From contig JBHGNT010001298.1 in the NCBI GenBank assembly GCA_043228905.1, positions 1 to 10,127 of the forward strand: DNA of 10,127 nt. The letters are read 5' to 3'. The translations under genes and the position numbers were made by a program. Positions 7,963 to 10,127 of the stretch are shown piece by piece. How positions within the stretch are numbered: position 1 is the first letter of the stretch; every line of letters starts with the position of its first letter. The notes below the pieces were generated by a model, which was not told where the DNA came from, did no database searches, and saw only the letters and a program-made list of their open reading frames with translations. The DNA is from Azolla caroliniana. Taxonomy: Eukaryota; Plantae; Polypodiophyta.

Positions 7963-8008
7963 GCAGAAGATTCGCCTGCCACGCCCCTTCTTCGTGCCAC
8001 AGAGAAAA

Positions 8009-8030
8009 GGGGAGGGGGGGGGGGGGGGGG
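8009..8030 (+). repeat. G4-A-G17 homopurine run
   Basis: GGGG 8009-8012, A, 17 G 8014-8030. Confidence 0.95.
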
Positions 8031-8125
8031 CAAGCGTCCGTTTCACACGGAGGCCTTCTTATCCACAAGTCAGTTCTTTTCCTTCTCGTTTATTTCTTCT
8101 TCTTTTTAACAAACCCAAGATCACG

Positions 8126-8131
8126 ATGATG

Positions 8132-8190
<59 letters not shown>

Positions 8191-8215
8191 GATGATGAGG
8201 ATGAGGATGAGGATG
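8126..8215. repeat. (ATGATGA)10 tandem repeat followed by ~3.5 units of GATGAG
   Basis: Ten perfect 7-mers 8126-8195, then hexamer units to 8215. Confidence 0.97.
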
Positions 8216-10127
8216 CATTCGTATAGAACCACCACCACCCTTCCGTGTATCTTTGTGAACACTAGTTGTAACGTGTAATCATCATCCTTATTCTTTACAT
8301 GTGAACATATAAGTTATAACACACAAACAATTGGGACATCTGCAAGCAGCAACATAACGATGGGATTCAGTAAACCACATACTATCATCCTTGTCTTCAT
8401 TCAACATTAAACGAGCAATTACTCTCTAGTCGTTGGCTTGGCGATCTACAACATAGTATCAATTTCGTAAAGTCGAGAGAAACCAAGTTCGTTCCTTGAT
8501 TTTCTAATAGATTTCAAATTGCAATCAGTCTCGTTGATCACAAATTGCGACTGGTCTCCCATGGACGTGAAAAATATACCCATGTGTCCATCCCAAATGT
8601 CATCTAATTATGGCTTTTAATGCGTCTCTCTACATTGACACTTTTTCAACAAAATAGCATGTATTCATATTCTCCTAAAACAAGTTATGCATTCATTTCG
8701 GTTTCTCTATTAGTGTTAGAACATATAATCTGCACACGTAATTTCCCAATCATTCGACACACATGTTCGGTTGCATAATGTTAGTATTGCACGATTTGTC
8801 AAGTGGATGGTTTATCATAAATGGAAGCTCATGTAATTAACATTCTCCATTAATATAGTTCCTTTACACTCACCACCACACCAACAAAGTAATAATTGTC
8901 TACTTTGAGCGATGAACAACACAAAAATATTGACTTCATAAACTTTAATATGTTGGTAGATAAAGATGTGGAACATTTCGTGAAGGCGCGTAATGTACAA
9001 ACATTGAATGTGAGTCTTAACATACATTTGTGCAACTTACGTTTTCTCATGAACATGGTCATAAGTTCTCTACAAGTTCATGAAGTTTCTCACAGTTCCT
9101 AAAAAGTTGCAAAAGCATGATTGTTCATTATGTCATCATTTCTTATGTACAATTGAATTGGTTGTTGAGAAGGTAAGGAGCACACTGCCCATGGTCAACA
9201 TTTAGAATCAATGGTGCAATTCAACTTCATGCAAAACAAAGGATGTACTTTCTCCATCTTGTGGATTCGAAAATGAGATAGCACATTCATTTTCTCAACT
9301 ATTCTAACATAGTTTCTAGCCACAATGTTAAAGCATAACAATGAAAATGTTTATATTTCGCCCCCTTCATTACACTTTGTGATAGAATGAGAGACATAAT
9401 CTTCTTTATGGTAATATTATACTAGCTTGACCATATCTAGAACAAAAAATTATACATATGCTTATGATATTACATCGTAAGAAACTAGGTGTAGGTCTTA
9501 TTGATGAGGATCCTCGGCATTGTTCTTCTTTATGTTATCAACTATATATCCCAAACAACTTGAGGACTCCTACTCTTCATTCTTATAGGGGCTAGAATTT
9601 CATATCAAACACGTAATGATGATAGGAGACAATCTTCCTTCCCATCCCATTTCTAGATTGTGTTCCCTTTCACACAAGTTTTTCAACATTGGTTCTCTCT
9701 CTCTAATAAAGTACCCTTTTACGTCGTGTCATGGAATATTTAAATTGAAGAGAACTTGAGTTCGCTTGTTCTTGTAGTATAAATCCATTCCTCTAACTCC
9801 CTCTCAATGGATTGTTGTTTCGCACACCAATAACAAAAACATCACCCTCAAAAGTTAAAATACCTTAAGTTTGTTTAATCCAACAATGGGCTCAATCCCA
9901 TAATGTAAAATGTGTTTTAATATCTCTTAAAACATTAACATCTCAATATTAGTCAAAATTAGAAACTATTGACATAATACATGCAAATTAGAATCTATCC
10001 GCTATTTCTCCTCATTTATTTCTCACTCCTACAAGTCATGCACTAAACATTTCCCTATACATGACGTGGGTTATATGTGCATTATATGATCGAGAATAGT
10101 CAAGTTTCTATGGGGGCTTTTAAATGT

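Noticed and set aside
7589-8262. Several ORFs with ERERER, SLSLSL, poly-P/G or IIHHSSF tracts
   Set aside because: Translations of the (GA)n, G-run and (ATGATGA)n simple repeats.

Overview
This is eukaryotic, land-plant-like genomic DNA, not a prokaryotic locus. The minus strand carries the 5' part of a spliced translation initiation factor eIF2B beta-subunit gene: five coding exons at 7290-3344 giving 240 complete codons, all joined in frame by GT-AG introns. The rest of the gene must lie left of the window. Bases 1-~3261 are a decayed Ty1/copia LTR retrotransposon on the + strand (protease tail, GAG-pre-integrase, integrase, RT, RNase H, PPT, 3' LTR), apparently inside the next intron and antisense to the gene. 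The element carries a nested ~313-bp inverted-repeat-rich insertion, two internal deletions and a displaced duplication. The gene's leader/promoter (7291-8215) has a probable upstream exon with a strong-context uAUG, several uORFs, a telo-box, a (GA)n tract, a TGACGTCA palindrome, a G17 run and an (ATGATGA)10 repeat. I could not assign 8216-10127. No clearly new biological system is demonstrated. The best lead is a possible splice-dependent uORF switch in the eIF2B-beta leader.
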